A stretch of 64,000 nucleotides of DNA, from contig CAYSOA010000004.1 in assembly GCA_964432565.1 (NCBI GenBank), positions 38,839-102,838 of the forward strand, written 5' to 3'. Position 1 is the first letter of the stretch. Each line of letters begins with the position of its first letter. The translations under genes were made by a program, and so were the position numbers. The DNA comes from an uncultured Bacteriovorax sp. (GTDB lineage Bacteria; Bdellovibrionota; UBA1018). Positions 36,028 through 47,180 of the stretch are shown piece after piece. The notes beneath the pieces are model-generated. The model saw nothing but the letters and a program-made list of their open reading frames with translations, was not told where the DNA came from and made no database searches.

Positions 36028-37128
36028 TCACGATGCCTTCTGGGACTCTCCGGGTCTACGCCCCTGCCGGTGTATCCAGTCGAGGATCTTGGCAGAAATT
36101 CGCTCGAGCGCGACCACCTGATCGGCCGCACCGAGGTCAATGGCTGCCTTGGGCATTCCAAACACCACGGACGACCGTTCGTCCTGCACGAGAGTTGCAG
36201 CTCCTGCCTTCTTCATGTTCAGAAGTCCCTGGGCTCCGTCTCGACCCATTCCGGTCAATACGACTCCCAGTGCATCCCCGCCCATGACCTTTGCTACCGA
36301 CTCAAAGAGGTAATCGGCGGCAGGACGCACTCCGTGCATCATGGGAGCCTGATGTAGCCGAATCCTCAGTCCTCCGCGCCGCTGAACCTCCATGTGAAAG
36401 TCCCCGGGCGCCAAGAGAAGCTGTCCGGGAACAACCAGATCGCCGTCTCGAGCCTCGCGAACCTGAAAGGCGCAGATTTCCTGCAAATGCTGGGAATACT
36501 GGGTCGTGAACAATGCCGGCATGTGCTGCACCACCACGATCGGGGGAACTTCGGCGGGAAGCCCCTTCAGGGCGACCTTGAGCGCTTCGGTGCCCCCGGT
36601 GGAGCTCGCAATGGCAATCATTCTCCGAGCGAGAATGGCCTCGGAAACCGGCTCTGTTGCAGCGTTAGCCAGCGATGCTGAGCGCAGCTGCATGGACTTC
36701 TGAAACCGGGGGCGCGCCCTGGCCTGGCCCGCCTCAAGAACGGCCGCGCGAATATCCGCCGAGGCCTCCTGCAACGACCGACCACCCTGCACCTTCGGTT
36801 TTTCAATCGCCCGAATGGCCCCCGCCTCGAGTGCCCGGTGCTCGACCTCCGAGCCCTTGACGGCCCGGGCGCTCACCACGACCGTCGGCGTAGGAAAGTG
36901 CTTCATGACTTTCTCGAGAAACGCGATGCCGTCGAGCCGGGGCATGTCGATGTCGAGGGTCATCACATCGGGTTGAAGCTCGACCAGTTTTTCTCGCGCC
37001 TGAAAGGCATCTGCCGCCATGCCGATGACCTCCACCTCTGGCACTCCCGCCAGCATGCGGCTGATCAGCGCCTGCATCACGAGCGAATCATCCACCACCA
37101 GCACTCGAAGCTTTCGGGAGATCGTCAT
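36028..37128 (-). CDS. cheB: chemotaxis response regulator protein-glutamate methylesterase
   Basis: An N-terminal REC domain (VLVVDDS) is followed by a CheB methylesterase domain (GASTGG; HMPxxFT). Confidence 0.85.
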   Translation of the reverse strand: MTISRKLRVLVVDDSLVMQALISRMLAGVPEVEVIGMAADAFQAREKLVELQPDVMTLDIDMPRLDGIAFLEKVMKHFPTPTVVVSARAVKGSEVEHRALEAGAIRAIEKPKVQGGRSLQEASADIRAAVLEAGQARARPRFQKSMQLRSASLANAATEPVSEAILARRMIAIASSTGGTEALKVALKGLPAEVPPIVVVQHMPALFTTQYSQHLQEICAFQVREARDGDLVVPGQLLLAPGDFHMEVQRRGGLRIRLHQAPMMHGVRPAADYLFESVAKVMGGDALGVVLTGMGRDGAQGLLNMKKAGAATLVQDERSSVVFGMPKAAIDLGAADQVVALERISAKILDWIHRQGRRPGESQKAS

Positions 37129-38066
37129 TTCGAGACCCCCCTCTTGCGATAGGCGGCGTGCGAAATCGTCTCGAACTCGGGATGACGCATCGATCCTGAC
37201 TCGGAATGTCCGAGAAAAAGATAGCCCCCCGGTCTCAGGACCCGCCCGAGGTTGGCAACAACCTGGTGCGCCGTTTCGCGATCAAAATAGATCAGGACGT
37301 TTCGGCAGAAGACCACGTCGAAAAGCCTCTGCATCGGATACGGCTGCGAGGTTAGGTTGATCTCTGCAAAGGTCATCATCTTCGCCAATGCGGGATGAAC
37401 CACAAACTTTTTTCCGACAGTCGGATCCAACCGCTCGACGAAGTACTTCTTGCGAAGCTCGGGAGGCACCCCCTCCATTTCCTGCTGAATGTAGGCGCCC
37501 GATGCCGCCTTCTTCAAGGAGGGGCGGTCGATGTCGCTGGCCAGCAGCTTCAGTCGAACCGGACGGCTGGGAGAAAGACGGGTCAGCTCTTCGTGCAGGA
37601 CCATGGCGAGCGTGTAAGGCTCCTGCCCGGTGCTCGCAGCAGCGCACCACACTCGAAGCTCGGCGGCATCGACACCGTGCATGCGCGACTTCTGCTCGAG
37701 AATCGTTGGCAAAATTCCCTGAAGCTGCCTGAAATGTGCCGACTCCCGAAAAAACCGGGTCGTGTTGGTCGTCATTTTCGAAACGAACTCGAGCACCTCG
37801 GCCGAATCCGTTCCCCGCGTCCTCAGAAAGTTGAAATACTCTCCAAGCGACGACAGTTGTCGCGCCCGCAGGGTTTGCGCCACGCGACTGACCAGAAGCG
37901 AGCGATTCTTGGGCGTGTCGTCGAGATAAATTCCGGTCAGCTCCTTGAGCAGAACCGAGAGCCGGTGGAAGCCGACACTATCCCGTGCAAAAGCGTCGAG
38001 CTCCCGATGCTGGTCGACGATCGTCGGGCTCTGGTGAGGAGGAGCGAATTTCGGCTGGGCACTCAT
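37125..38066 (-). CDS. cheR: chemotaxis protein methyltransferase
   Basis: It has CheR N-terminal and SAM-methyltransferase domains (VWCAAASTGQEPY...) and a 4-nt overlap with cheB. Confidence 0.85.
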   Translation of the reverse strand: MSAQPKFAPPHQSPTIVDQHRELDAFARDSVGFHRLSVLLKELTGIYLDDTPKNRSLLVSRVAQTLRARQLSSLGEYFNFLRTRGTDSAEVLEFVSKMTTNTTRFFRESAHFRQLQGILPTILEQKSRMHGVDAAELRVWCAAASTGQEPYTLAMVLHEELTRLSPSRPVRLKLLASDIDRPSLKKAASGAYIQQEMEGVPPELRKKYFVERLDPTVGKKFVVHPALAKMMTFAEINLTSQPYPMQRLFDVVFCRNVLIYFDRETAHQVVANLGRVLRPGGYLFLGHSESGSMRHPEFETISHAAYRKRGVSK

Positions 38067-39934
38067 GCGGCCACCCCCTCTCGGCCCACTGTCGTCGTAC
38101 AGACGTTGCCGTCGGCCGCTTCGCCCGTCATGCTGGCCTGAACGATTCCGACCGTATCCAGCACGAGCGCCACCTTTCCATCGCCGAGAATGGCGGCCCC
38201 GGACACTCCCCGGCAGGCCCTGAGACGATCATCCAGACTTTTCAAAACCACCTGGCTCTGGCCCGCCACGCCCGACAGCAGCAGGGCGACCTCCCGCCCT
38301 CCACTGTCGACGATGGCCATCAGCTTCGGACGACCGTTTCTGCCGGAACGAAAGCCGTCCTGCATGTCCACCACCGGATAAAGCTTGTCGCGATGGCGCC
38401 AGGCACTGCGCCCGCTCATGACCTCAACGAGCTGGGACTCATCAAGATCGACCAGCTCACGAATGCTTTCCATGGGAAGAATGAAGGGCTCGTCACCCAG
38501 TCGCACCAGCATTCCGTCGAGAATGGAGGTGGTCATGGGCAGCGAAAGACGCACCACGGTGCCCACTCCGGGCACCGACTCCAGCTCGATGTTGCCCTTG
38601 AGCTTCTCGACCTGCGTCTTCACGACGTCCATGCCCACGCCACGTCCCGAAACGTCGGTGACCTGTTCGGCGGTAGAAAATCCCGGCGCAAAGATCAGTG
38701 AAAAAACCTGGCGGTCGGTCATCTCTCGAGCGGCATCCTCCGATACAATTCCCTTCTCAACCGCTTTGGCCACGATGCGCTCACGCTGCAGCCCCTTGCC
38801 GTCGTCCGAGAGCTCAATCAGAATCCGGCCGCCGCGCTGCCCGGCACGAAGGTAGATCATTCCCTTGGCCGACTTTCCGGCCGCCGCGCGCCCCTGCGCC
38901 GACTCGACCCCATGATCGAGCGAGTTTCGCGCCAGATGCATCAGGGGATCGGCGAGTGCATCCACCATCCCCCGGTCAATCTCGGTTTCTTCTCCCTCCA
39001 TCACGAATTCGATGGGCTTCTCGAGCTTCACGGAAAGATCACGAACCACGCGCTGGGTTTTGAGAAACAGACTTTTCAATGGCGTCACTCGCATGCTGAG
39101 GGTCTTGTCCTGCAGCTCGCGTACGGTCTTGTCGATCAGCGAGACCAACTGGCCCAGTCCCGTCTCGGCGCCGGCGCACCGATTGATCAGCTGGCTTTTC
39201 AAGACGACGAGCTCACCCACCAGGTTCAGCACCGACTCGACACGCTCGGAGTCGATCTTCAGGACTTCGCGTTTGCTCGAGGCGGCGGCACGAGCATCGG
39301 TTGTTGACGGAGCCTGAACAGAACCAGAAGGCCCGACCGGTCCCTGTGACGAGCTGGTCGCCACTGAAGCCTGATGCTCGACGCTGGCCTGTGCCGACGC
39401 GGCGAGAGCCTCCCAGGCCGCGTCATTGAGAACCGATTCGGGATGAATCTCGGGATCGGGTGCCGCCACTGCCAGGGCCTGAGCCTCTGTGACGATCGAA
39501 GGCGCTACCGGCCCCGACTCAGGCGACTGCAGTTTTGCCAGCATCGCTTGAACTTCGGCCTCGAGCGCACCGATGTCCCAGGGCGCTGCATCCTTCCGCT
39601 TCAACTGTTCGATTCGGGTTCGAAAGGCGTCACCGCAGCGCAGAAGAAGCGTGACCACCTCGGTTGTGACAAGCGAGGGATCGTTTCTAAGAACGGTCAG
39701 GCAGTCTTCCACCTGATGAGCGAATTGGGCAAGATCAGTGAAGCCGACGGCGGCCCCGGTTCCCTTCATCGAGTGCGCCATGCGAAAGATCTTTCCGAGC
39801 TCCTCGCCCCTCACCTCGGGATTTTCGAGCTGAAGATACGACTCTTCGCACTGCTCGAGCAGGAAAGTTACCTCGGCAAGAAAATCACCTTGCAGCTCAG
39901 CCATGAAGTCCAGGTCACTTTGAGATTCGCTCAT
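38063..39934 (-). CDS. cheA: chemotaxis histidine kinase CheA
   Basis: The domain order is Hpt (start at MSESQSDLDF), dimerisation, HATPase_c (GRGVGMDVV) and a C-terminal CheW-like domain. Confidence 0.85.
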   Translation of the reverse strand: MSESQSDLDFMAELQGDFLAEVTFLLEQCEESYLQLENPEVRGEELGKIFRMAHSMKGTGAAVGFTDLAQFAHQVEDCLTVLRNDPSLVTTEVVTLLLRCGDAFRTRIEQLKRKDAAPWDIGALEAEVQAMLAKLQSPESGPVAPSIVTEAQALAVAAPDPEIHPESVLNDAAWEALAASAQASVEHQASVATSSSQGPVGPSGSVQAPSTTDARAAASSKREVLKIDSERVESVLNLVGELVVLKSQLINRCAGAETGLGQLVSLIDKTVRELQDKTLSMRVTPLKSLFLKTQRVVRDLSVKLEKPIEFVMEGEETEIDRGMVDALADPLMHLARNSLDHGVESAQGRAAAGKSAKGMIYLRAGQRGGRILIELSDDGKGLQRERIVAKAVEKGIVSEDAAREMTDRQVFSLIFAPGFSTAEQVTDVSGRGVGMDVVKTQVEKLKGNIELESVPGVGTVVRLSLPMTTSILDGMLVRLGDEPFILPMESIRELVDLDESQLVEVMSGRSAWRHRDKLYPVVDMQDGFRSGRNGRPKLMAIVDSGGREVALLLSGVAGQSQVVLKSLDDRLRACRGVSGAAILGDGKVALVLDTVGIVQASMTGEAADGNVCTTTVGREGVAA

Positions 39935-40112
39935 ACCAACTTCAGATCGGTGAATTCTGCGACGGGCTTGATGAAATCCTTTTGACGCTCGGACCTTAAG
40001 AGCGCGCAATCGCAGAAAATTCTCCACAAATTCTTGGCAACTCAGGGCGGCAACGAAACTCAAGTCCAGGGAAGACACTTCCGAAAGGCACTCAGACAGA
40101 AGGAAACTGCAA

Positions 40113-40643
40113 ATGACCCCCTTGAATACCACTGACCAAGCCAACTCGAACTCTGACGCTTCCTCAGCGCTGGCCCGTCCCGGCCAGTACCTGACTTTCC
40201 AGCTGGGAAGCCGCACCTACGGCGTGGCCGTTAGGTCGATACGAGAGATCAATCCGATGACCGACATCACGCCGGTTCCCAAAACGGCTCACTTCGTTGC
40301 GGGCGTCATGAACCTCAGGGGCAAGATCATTCCGGTGATCGACCTCAGGGCAAAGCTCAGCCTGGAAAGGGCCGAGCACACGCGCTCGACCTGTATCGTC
40401 GTGGTGGAGAGCGAAGAGGACTCACAGGGCAACCACTACATGGGAGTGATCGTGGATGCCGTCAACAGTGTCATCGAGCTCGCTGCCGCGCAGATCGAAC
40501 CCCCGCCGGTTTTAGGTGAAACCGCGAAACTGAAGTTTGTGGTGGGGATGGGCAAGATCGAGTCACAGGTCGTGATCCTGCTGGACGTCGCTGCCACGCT
40601 TTCGTCTGCAGAGCTCGAAGCAACCCAGTCCCTGGCTGCCTAG
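40113..40643 (+). CDS. cheW: chemotaxis coupling protein CheW
   Basis: It is a 176-aa CheW-like domain (YLTFQLGSRTYGVAV...IIPVIDLR) and is divergent from cheA. Confidence 0.8.
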   Translation: MTPLNTTDQANSNSDASSALARPGQYLTFQLGSRTYGVAVRSIREINPMTDITPVPKTAHFVAGVMNLRGKIIPVIDLRAKLSLERAEHTRSTCIVVVESEEDSQGNHYMGVIVDAVNSVIELAAAQIEPPPVLGETAKLKFVVGMGKIESQVVILLDVAATLSSAELEATQSLAA

Positions 40644-40718
40644 TCGGGGCAACCCGGGGCCGCCGACCCACCAGCTACCCCCTTGCCATTGGCGGGCTGC
40701 TTTGATTGAAAAGGGGGC

Positions 40719-43058
40719 ATGAAGAACCGATCAGCCCTCACTGTTGCCGTGCTCTTTGTTCTCGTTGCGTCCGCACCTTCGTCGTGGAGCGCATCCCCCC
40801 TTCAAGCCCCGCGCGCGGGCATGCTTCCGGAACGCTGGGCCAGCGGCATCAAGCAGGCGTTCGGCACGGCGTACGAAACCTACGATTCTTCAGGTCAGTT
40901 CTCGGCGGCATCATCGACCGCTCCCATCTCCAAGCTTTGGTTTACGGTCGCCCAGGGAATCCTCACCGAAGTGTACTGGCCCCAGCTCGATCAGCCCCAA
41001 ATTCGGGACCTGCAGTTTCTGGTGACCGACGGCCGCAGCTTTCTCTGGGAAGAGCGCCAGGACGGCATCTCCGACGTGCAGTGGATCGAGGCGGGCGTTC
41101 CGGCCTTTCGCATAACCACCCGCGACCTCGCCGGTCGCTTCTTCTTTGAAAAGGTCGTCTATGCCGATCCCGACCGCAACGCCCTGCGCCTGAAGGTACG
41201 TTTCGTTTCAAAGACGCCAGGACTTCAACTCTACCTGCTGAACAATCCCACCGTGGGCGGAACCCCCATGAGCAATCATGCCGTGACTTCGCGCTCGGCG
41301 ATCGCTCCGGGAAAGGGCCTTTACGCGTGGGATGGCAACCAGGCCCAGGCGCTGCTGGCGTCGGTGCCTTTTTCGGCTGCCAGTGCCGCGTTTTCGGGGA
41401 GCCATGACCCGTTTCAGGATCTCCAGCGCGACTTCCGCATGGACCACCAGTACGGAGAAGCGCATGACGGCAATGTCGTCGTCGGCGCCAGGCTGGAACT
41501 GGGGACTGCAGACGAGTTTGAAGTTGCCCTGGGTTTTGGCGGCAGCCTCCTCGACGCAAATCAGGTTGCCGAGGGAAGCCTGTCAGAATCCTTTGAGGCC
41601 GGACTCGACCGCTACCGAAAGCAGTGGCGGGAGTATCAGGGCGGACTCATCGACCTCTCGGCACAATCTCTCGATGGCGGCGATCGTTTTCGTGCCTCGA
41701 CGGCCATGATCAAGTCGATGGAGGACAAGACCTACGCAGGAGCCGTGATCGCCTCACCCTCGATTCCGTGGGGTCTGCACCAGGTGGACTGGAGTCGAAA
41801 CGGTGATCCTCTCTGGAAGCGAGTGGGCGGGTATCACCTGATCTGGCCGCGGGACCTGTACCAGATGGCCACCACTTGGATTGCCGTGGGGGATCTCGCC
41901 TCCGCCAAGGCCTCGTTTGCCCGGCTGAGAACCGCCCAGCTCAGTGATCAGGATGGATTCTGGGAGTACGGATTTCGTCGACGCTCGCGGGACGGCTCTT
42001 TTCTTCAAAACTTCTGGCTGAACGGCTCCGCCTATTGGCAGGGCCTTCAGATGGACGAGACGGCCTTTCCGGTGATCCTCACCTATCGTCTGTGGAAGCT
42101 GGGGGCCGTGACTCTGGCGGACACCTGGGACATGGTTCGTCGGGCCTCCGACTTCATCGTGGATTTCGGCCCCTGGACCGGACAGGAGCGCTGGGAGGAG
42201 AACTTCGGAGCCTCGCCTTCGACCATCGCCTCAGAGATCGCCGCTCTTTATTGCGCGGCCGAAATCGCGCACTCACACGGAGACGACCAAAGGGCCCAGC
42301 GCTATCTGCGCACGGCCGACTCCTGGAGCGCAAAACCAGGAGACAATCTGGAAACCTGGACCTTCACGCGAACCGGTCGCTACGGCGACGGACGCTATTT
42401 CATCCGCTCGGAAGCCGCACAGCGGTTTGACCAGTTCTGGAACCCCGACGACGAGGGCCTGATTCACATTGCCAACGGCGGCCCGACGCTCCGCGAAAAG
42501 GACGTCCTCGACGGGGGTTTCCTCGAACTCGTGCGCCTCGGGGTGCGTGATGCGCTCGACCCCGCCATTCTCGAAACGCTTCCGGAATACGATGCCCACC
42601 TGAGAGTGCGAATTCCCGGAAAGGGCGATGGGTATTATCGCTACACGGCCGACCGCTACAATTATGACGACACGTCAGGGCGCCAGACCCACGGAATGCT
42701 TTGGCCCCTGCTGACCGGCGAGCGCGGGCACTATGCCCTAGCCGCGTCGGTCGCCCGCGGAGAGTCGCGCCCGAAGCGGGACCAGGCCATCGTTCCGTAC
42801 ATTGCCGCCATGGAGGCCTTTGCTTCGTCATCCCTGATGATGCCCGAGCAGGTCTGGGACGGCGGACCCGCAGCCGGCCTCTCGACCGGCTCGGCCACCC
42901 CGTTGGGCTGGAGCCATGCCGAGTACCTCAAGCTGCTGCGCTCCCGGCGCGAAGGCCAGGTCTTCGACCTATTGCCGGACGTCCTGCAGCGATCCCAGGA
43001 ACTGGCAGTGACGCGACGCATCGACGAACTGGGAAGTCCCCAGGGCATCCGCCACTGA
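40719..43058 (+). CDS. secreted glycoside hydrolase family 15 (glucoamylase/glucodextranase-like)
   Basis: A signal peptide precedes an N-terminal beta-sandwich domain and an (alpha/alpha)6 catalytic domain, with IWPRD and ERWEENFG motifs consistent with the GH15 catalytic Glu. Confidence 0.7.
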   Translation: MKNRSALTVAVLFVLVASAPSSWSASPLQAPRAGMLPERWASGIKQAFGTAYETYDSSGQFSAASSTAPISKLWFTVAQGILTEVYWPQLDQPQIRDLQFLVTDGRSFLWEERQDGISDVQWIEAGVPAFRITTRDLAGRFFFEKVVYADPDRNALRLKVRFVSKTPGLQLYLLNNPTVGGTPMSNHAVTSRSAIAPGKGLYAWDGNQAQALLASVPFSAASAAFSGSHDPFQDLQRDFRMDHQYGEAHDGNVVVGARLELGTADEFEVALGFGGSLLDANQVAEGSLSESFEAGLDRYRKQWREYQGGLIDLSAQSLDGGDRFRASTAMIKSMEDKTYAGAVIASPSIPWGLHQVDWSRNGDPLWKRVGGYHLIWPRDLYQMATTWIAVGDLASAKASFARLRTAQLSDQDGFWEYGFRRRSRDGSFLQNFWLNGSAYWQGLQMDETAFPVILTYRLWKLGAVTLADTWDMVRRASDFIVDFGPWTGQERWEENFGASPSTIASEIAALYCAAEIAHSHGDDQRAQRYLRTADSWSAKPGDNLETWTFTRTGRYGDGRYFIRSEAAQRFDQFWNPDDEGLIHIANGGPTLREKDVLDGGFLELVRLGVRDALDPAILETLPEYDAHLRVRIPGKGDGYYRYTADRYNYDDTSGRQTHGMLWPLLTGERGHYALAASVARGESRPKRDQAIVPYIAAMEAFASSSLMMPEQVWDGGPAAGLSTGSATPLGWSHAEYLKLLRSRREGQVFDLLPDVLQRSQELAVTRRIDELGSPQGIRH

Positions 43059-43066
43059 ATTTCGAG

Positions 43067-43098
43067 GTTTGCCCAGCGGTGATCCCCGCTGGGCAAAC
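43067..43098 (+). terminator. hairpin terminator after the GH15 gene, followed by a sucA promoter region
   Basis: A perfect 13-bp stem (GTTTGCCCAGCGG tgatcc CCGCTGGGCAAAC) is followed by a pyrimidine-rich tract. A TTGACC-17-TAAAAG sigma70-like element lies just downstream. Confidence 0.6.
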
Positions 43099-43194
43099 TC
43101 TTCCCGTTGCGCTTGACCCGCCCGCGGCTCCATCCTAAAAGGGTAGCAATTTCCCTGAATCTCAACGGTTTTTCTCATCCCGGGAGAAGCACCC

Positions 43195-45957
43195 TTGCTG
43201 TCCAACAGCTTCAAATTTTCGTATTTCGCTGCACAGAACGCCGACTACATTGAGGAACAGTTTCAGAGCTACCTCAAGAATCCCGAGTCGGCAGAGCCCT
43301 CCTTTCGCGCCCTCTTCGAAGGAATGGAACTAGGAGAAGAGCTGGCCCGCCGCGAAGCGGAGGCGTCCGTCGATTGGGATGCCGAACTTCGCGTCGTCCA
43401 GCTCATCGACGCCTACCGCGACCACGGGCGCTTCATCTCGGCCATTGACCCGCTGCACCCCCCCCCTGCGACTCATCCCCGACTCGAGCTTTCCGAGTTC
43501 GGAATGTCGACTGCTGAACTGGACCGCACTTTTCGTGCTGCCGGGCTGATCGGCCTTCCCAGTCCCTCCACCCTGGCAGAGATCATCGCAAAGCTTCGCG
43601 AGATCTACTGCGGCACCATTGCCTGGGAAATCTCGCACATCGGCGACCGCCTGGCTCGCGAGTGGCTTCAACAGCGCATTGAATCGGGGGCGGCCGCCCG
43701 CGCCTCGCTCTCGGAGGCGGATTCTCGCCGCGTCTTTCAACGGCTGCTTGAGAGCGAATCGCTGGAGCGATTCATTGGGCTGAAGTTCGTGGCCGCCAAG
43801 CGCTTTTCGATCGAAGGCGCCGAGGCCCTCGTTCCTGCCATGGACGAACTGATCGAATCCGGCGCAAAGGGTGGGATTCGTGAAATCGTGATGGGAATGG
43901 CCCATCGCGGCCGCCTCAATCTTCTCGTCAATCTGTTTGGGAAAAAGCCAGAACACCTTTTCACGGAGTTCGAGGGCAACTACAACGCCCACCCCTCCGA
44001 AGGCGAAGGCGACGTGAAGTACCACAAGGGCTACTCATGCGACTGGACGACGAGAGCAGGTCAGGAAGTCCACCTGTCGCTGGCCAACAACCCCAGCCAT
44101 CTCGAGTTCGTCGGTCCGGTCGTGACGGGCATGGCCCGCGCCAAGCAGGAACTGCGGGGCCCGAAGGGCCGTGAAGAAGTCCTGCCCATCATCATTCATG
44201 GGGATGCCGCCATGGCCGGCCAGGGCGTCGTCTACGAAACGATGAACTTCGTGAACCTCGAGGGCTACGCCACCGGCGGAACGCTTCACATCGCCATCAA
44301 CAATCAGGTGGGCTTTACGACCGACCCCCGTGATTCGCGCTCAACCCCGTACTGCACGGATATCGGCAAGATGCTGGATGCGCCGATCTTTCACGTCAAT
44401 GGCGACGACGTCGAAGCGCTGATTGCGATCATGCGGCTTGCCGTCGAATACCGACAGAAGTTTCAGGCGGACGTCTTCATCGATCTGGTCTGTTATCGAA
44501 AGCACGGCCACAACGAAGGCGACGAGCCCCAGTTCACGCAGCCGATTCTGTACAAGACCATTAAGGGCCACCCTTCTCCCCGTGAAGTCTACGGGGCAAA
44601 ACTGACGGTAGCGGGCAAGCTCTCCGAAAGCGAGCAGTCCGCGATGCAGCAGGCTCGCATGGACGAACTGAACGAAGCGCTGGTGATTGCCCGCCGGGAT
44701 GCCCCACATCCCGAGCCGGACACGCTCCATCGACGCTGGCAGGGGCTGAAGATCGGAACGGAAGAGGACATCCTGACCGCCCGCCCCGACACTTCGGTCG
44801 ATGAGGCCACGCTCCGTTTCATCGCCGAAAGGATCACGACCGTTCCGCAGGGATTCAAGCCCCACTCAAAACTCGTGCGCTTTCTCGAAGAACGGCAAAA
44901 ATCGGTCATCGAAGGCGCGGGCATCAACTGGGGCACCGGAGAATCCCTGGCCTTCGGATCTCTGCTGCTCGAGGGGCACGCCGTTCGACTATCGGGGCAG
45001 GATGCCGAACGCGGCACCTTCACGCACCGCCATGCCGTCCTGAGCGACTTCGAAACCGGACAAAAGCTCTGCCTTCTCAACGACATGAAACCGGGGCAGG
45101 GGAAATTAAGCGTACACAACAGTCACCTCTCGGAAACGGGCGTGCTGGGCTTTGAATACGGCTATTCGACCGTCAACCCCAAGACTCTGACGATCTGGGA
45201 AGCGCAGTTCGGTGACTTCGCCAACGGCGCCCAGGTGATCATCGACCAGTTCATTGCGACAGGCGAGTCGAAGTGGGTTCGCATGAGCGAACTCGTGCTG
45301 CTACTCCCCCATGGTTACGAAGGGCAGGGGCCCGAACACTCCAGTGCACGACTCGAACGCTTTCTTCAGCTTTCGGGCCGAGGAAACTGGACTGTCTGCA
45401 ACCTCACGACTCCGGCACAGATCTTTCACGCTCTCAGACGACAGCTGAAGTGGAACTTCCGCAAACCTCTCGTCGTCATGAGCCCCAAGAGCCTGCTGCG
45501 ACACCCCATGGCCATCTCGGACCTCGACGAGTTCACGAAACGGGGATTTCAGGAAGTCATCGATGATCCATCCACCGCATCGAACCCGGATCGCGTGCGT
45601 CGCGTCGTGTTGTGCTCGGGCAAGATTTATTACGATCTGTTGGCCGAAAAGCTGTCGTCTGAACGCGAGGACATTGCCCTGATTCGGATCGAACAGCTCT
45701 ACCCCTGGCCGCAGGCGCGACTGACTGAAGCGCTCTCGCGCTACAAGAATGCCACTGAGTTCGTTTGGACTCAGGAGGAGCCCAAGAATATGGGCGCCTT
45801 CTGGTACGTCTGCCAGCAGGACACGGAAATCTTCGGGGGTAGGCTTCCCCGGTACGCGGGACGCGCGTGGGCGGCATCGCCTGCAGCCGGGTCCTCCAAG
45901 GTTCATGAGGCCGAACAGAAGGCCCTGGTTGCAGCAACATTCGCGAGGAATTCATGA
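43195..45957 (+). CDS. sucA: 2-oxoglutarate dehydrogenase E1 component
   Basis: It is a 920-aa protein with the ThDP-dependent E1o N-terminus ([19 protein letters not shown]) and conserved core motifs. Confidence 0.9.
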   Translation: MLSNSFKFSYFAAQNADYIEEQFQSYLKNPESAEPSFRALFEGMELGEELARREAEASVDWDAELRVVQLIDAYRDHGRFISAIDPLHPPPATHPRLELSEFGMSTAELDRTFRAAGLIGLPSPSTLAEIIAKLREIYCGTIAWEISHIGDRLAREWLQQRIESGAAARASLSEADSRRVFQRLLESESLERFIGLKFVAAKRFSIEGAEALVPAMDELIESGAKGGIREIVMGMAHRGRLNLLVNLFGKKPEHLFTEFEGNYNAHPSEGEGDVKYHKGYSCDWTTRAGQEVHLSLANNPSHLEFVGPVVTGMARAKQELRGPKGREEVLPIIIHGDAAMAGQGVVYETMNFVNLEGYATGGTLHIAINNQVGFTTDPRDSRSTPYCTDIGKMLDAPIFHVNGDDVEALIAIMRLAVEYRQKFQADVFIDLVCYRKHGHNEGDEPQFTQPILYKTIKGHPSPREVYGAKLTVAGKLSESEQSAMQQARMDELNEALVIARRDAPHPEPDTLHRRWQGLKIGTEEDILTARPDTSVDEATLRFIAERITTVPQGFKPHSKLVRFLEERQKSVIEGAGINWGTGESLAFGSLLLEGHAVRLSGQDAERGTFTHRHAVLSDFETGQKLCLLNDMKPGQGKLSVHNSHLSETGVLGFEYGYSTVNPKTLTIWEAQFGDFANGAQVIIDQFIATGESKWVRMSELVLLLPHGYEGQGPEHSSARLERFLQLSGRGNWTVCNLTTPAQIFHALRRQLKWNFRKPLVVMSPKSLLRHPMAISDLDEFTKRGFQEVIDDPSTASNPDRVRRVVLCSGKIYYDLLAEKLSSEREDIALIRIEQLYPWPQARLTEALSRYKNATEFVWTQEEPKNMGAFWYVCQQDTEIFGGRLPRYAGRAWAASPAAGSSKVHEAEQKALVAATFARNS

Positions 45958-47168
45958 AACACAACGTCGTTGCCCCGAGCGTCGGGGAGTCCATCACCGA
46001 AGTCAGCATCCTGAAGTGGCTGAAGTCCGACGGCCAGCAGGTCAACAATGGCGAGGTCCTGCTCGAGATTGAATCGGACAAGGCCACCGTCGAAGTGGCC
46101 GCCGAAGCAACGGGAGCACTCACCATCACCAAGCAGGCTGGAGAGCGCATTCCGGTCGGTGAGGTCATCGGTCTGATCGACGATGCCGTGAAGGGAACCG
46201 CCGGAGCCGAACCCTCGAAGTCCCCTGCTCCCGCCGCTCGAGCCCCGACAGAGACCCAGGCAGCACCCGCGGCCGCCAGCGGCTCGGCACGCCCGGTGGG
46301 CAATACCCCCTCAGGACCGGCCTTGAACCAGATGGCCGCCGGCCCCGGAGCGAGCCCCGTTCGTGGGCATGCCGCAGCGGGAGCAACCGTCGCCGGTATC
46401 GCGACCACTACGACCCAGGCGACTCGCCCGGCTCCTGCCCAGGCCGTAGGCCCCCAGTACAAGGACCAACCCGGAGATCGCCGAGTTCCGATGTCAATGC
46501 TCCGCCAACGCATCGCCGAGCGGCTGAAGTTCGCGCAGAACACAGCCGCGATCCTGACGACCTTCAATGAAGTCGACATGTCTGCGGTCATGGCCCTTCG
46601 CAACAAGTACAAGGACGAATTCAAGGCGAAGCACGGGGTGCCGCTGTCGTTCATGTCGTTTTTCACGCGCGCATCCGTTGAGGCCCTCAAGATGATTCCG
46701 GACGTGAATGCCTCGATCGATGGAAGGGACGTGATCTACCACGACTACGTGGACATCGGCATCGCCGTCGGGACCGATCGTGGCCTGGTGGTACCCGTCA
46801 TTCGGGGCGCCGAGAAGATGGGCTTTCTCGACATCGAGAAGAAGATGGCCGAGCTCGCCGGAAAGGCGCGTGACGGCAAGCTCTCGCTGGCAGATCTCGC
46901 CGGTGGCACGTTCACGATCTCGAACGGCGGCACCTACGGGTCACTGCTCTCGACGCCGATTCTTAATCCTCCGCAGAGCGGCATCCTCGGAATGCATAAG
47001 ATTCAGGAGCGCCCCGTCGCAGTAAATGGAAAGGTCGAGATTCGCCCGATGATGTACTTGGCGCTGTCGTACGACCACCGCATCATCGACGGCAAGGGAG
47101 CCGTCACATTTCTCGTTCAGCTTCGCGATCTGCTCGAAAATCCTGAAAAGCTCTCGTTCAGCATCTGA
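45954..47168 (+). CDS. sucB: dihydrolipoyllysine-residue succinyltransferase (E2o)
   Basis: A lipoyl domain ([11 protein letters not shown]) is joined by an Ala/Pro linker to the catalytic domain (DHRIIDG). Confidence 0.9.
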   Translation: MKHNVVAPSVGESITEVSILKWLKSDGQQVNNGEVLLEIESDKATVEVAAEATGALTITKQAGERIPVGEVIGLIDDAVKGTAGAEPSKSPAPAARAPTETQAAPAAASGSARPVGNTPSGPALNQMAAGPGASPVRGHAAAGATVAGIATTTTQATRPAPAQAVGPQYKDQPGDRRVPMSMLRQRIAERLKFAQNTAAILTTFNEVDMSAVMALRNKYKDEFKAKHGVPLSFMSFFTRASVEALKMIPDVNASIDGRDVIYHDYVDIGIAVGTDRGLVVPVIRGAEKMGFLDIEKKMAELAGKARDGKLSLADLAGGTFTISNGGTYGSLLSTPILNPPQSGILGMHKIQERPVAVNGKVEIRPMMYLALSYDHRIIDGKGAVTFLVQLRDLLENPEKLSFSI

Positions 47169-47180
47169 TAGGAATCCGAC

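Noticed and set aside
39935-40112. I checked the cheA/cheW divergent intergenic region for a sigma28 promoter (TAAA-N15-GCCGATAA).
   Set aside because: No GCCGATAA-type -10 element is present on either strand, and only weak TTGGCAA/TTAAGG fragments occur. No call was made.
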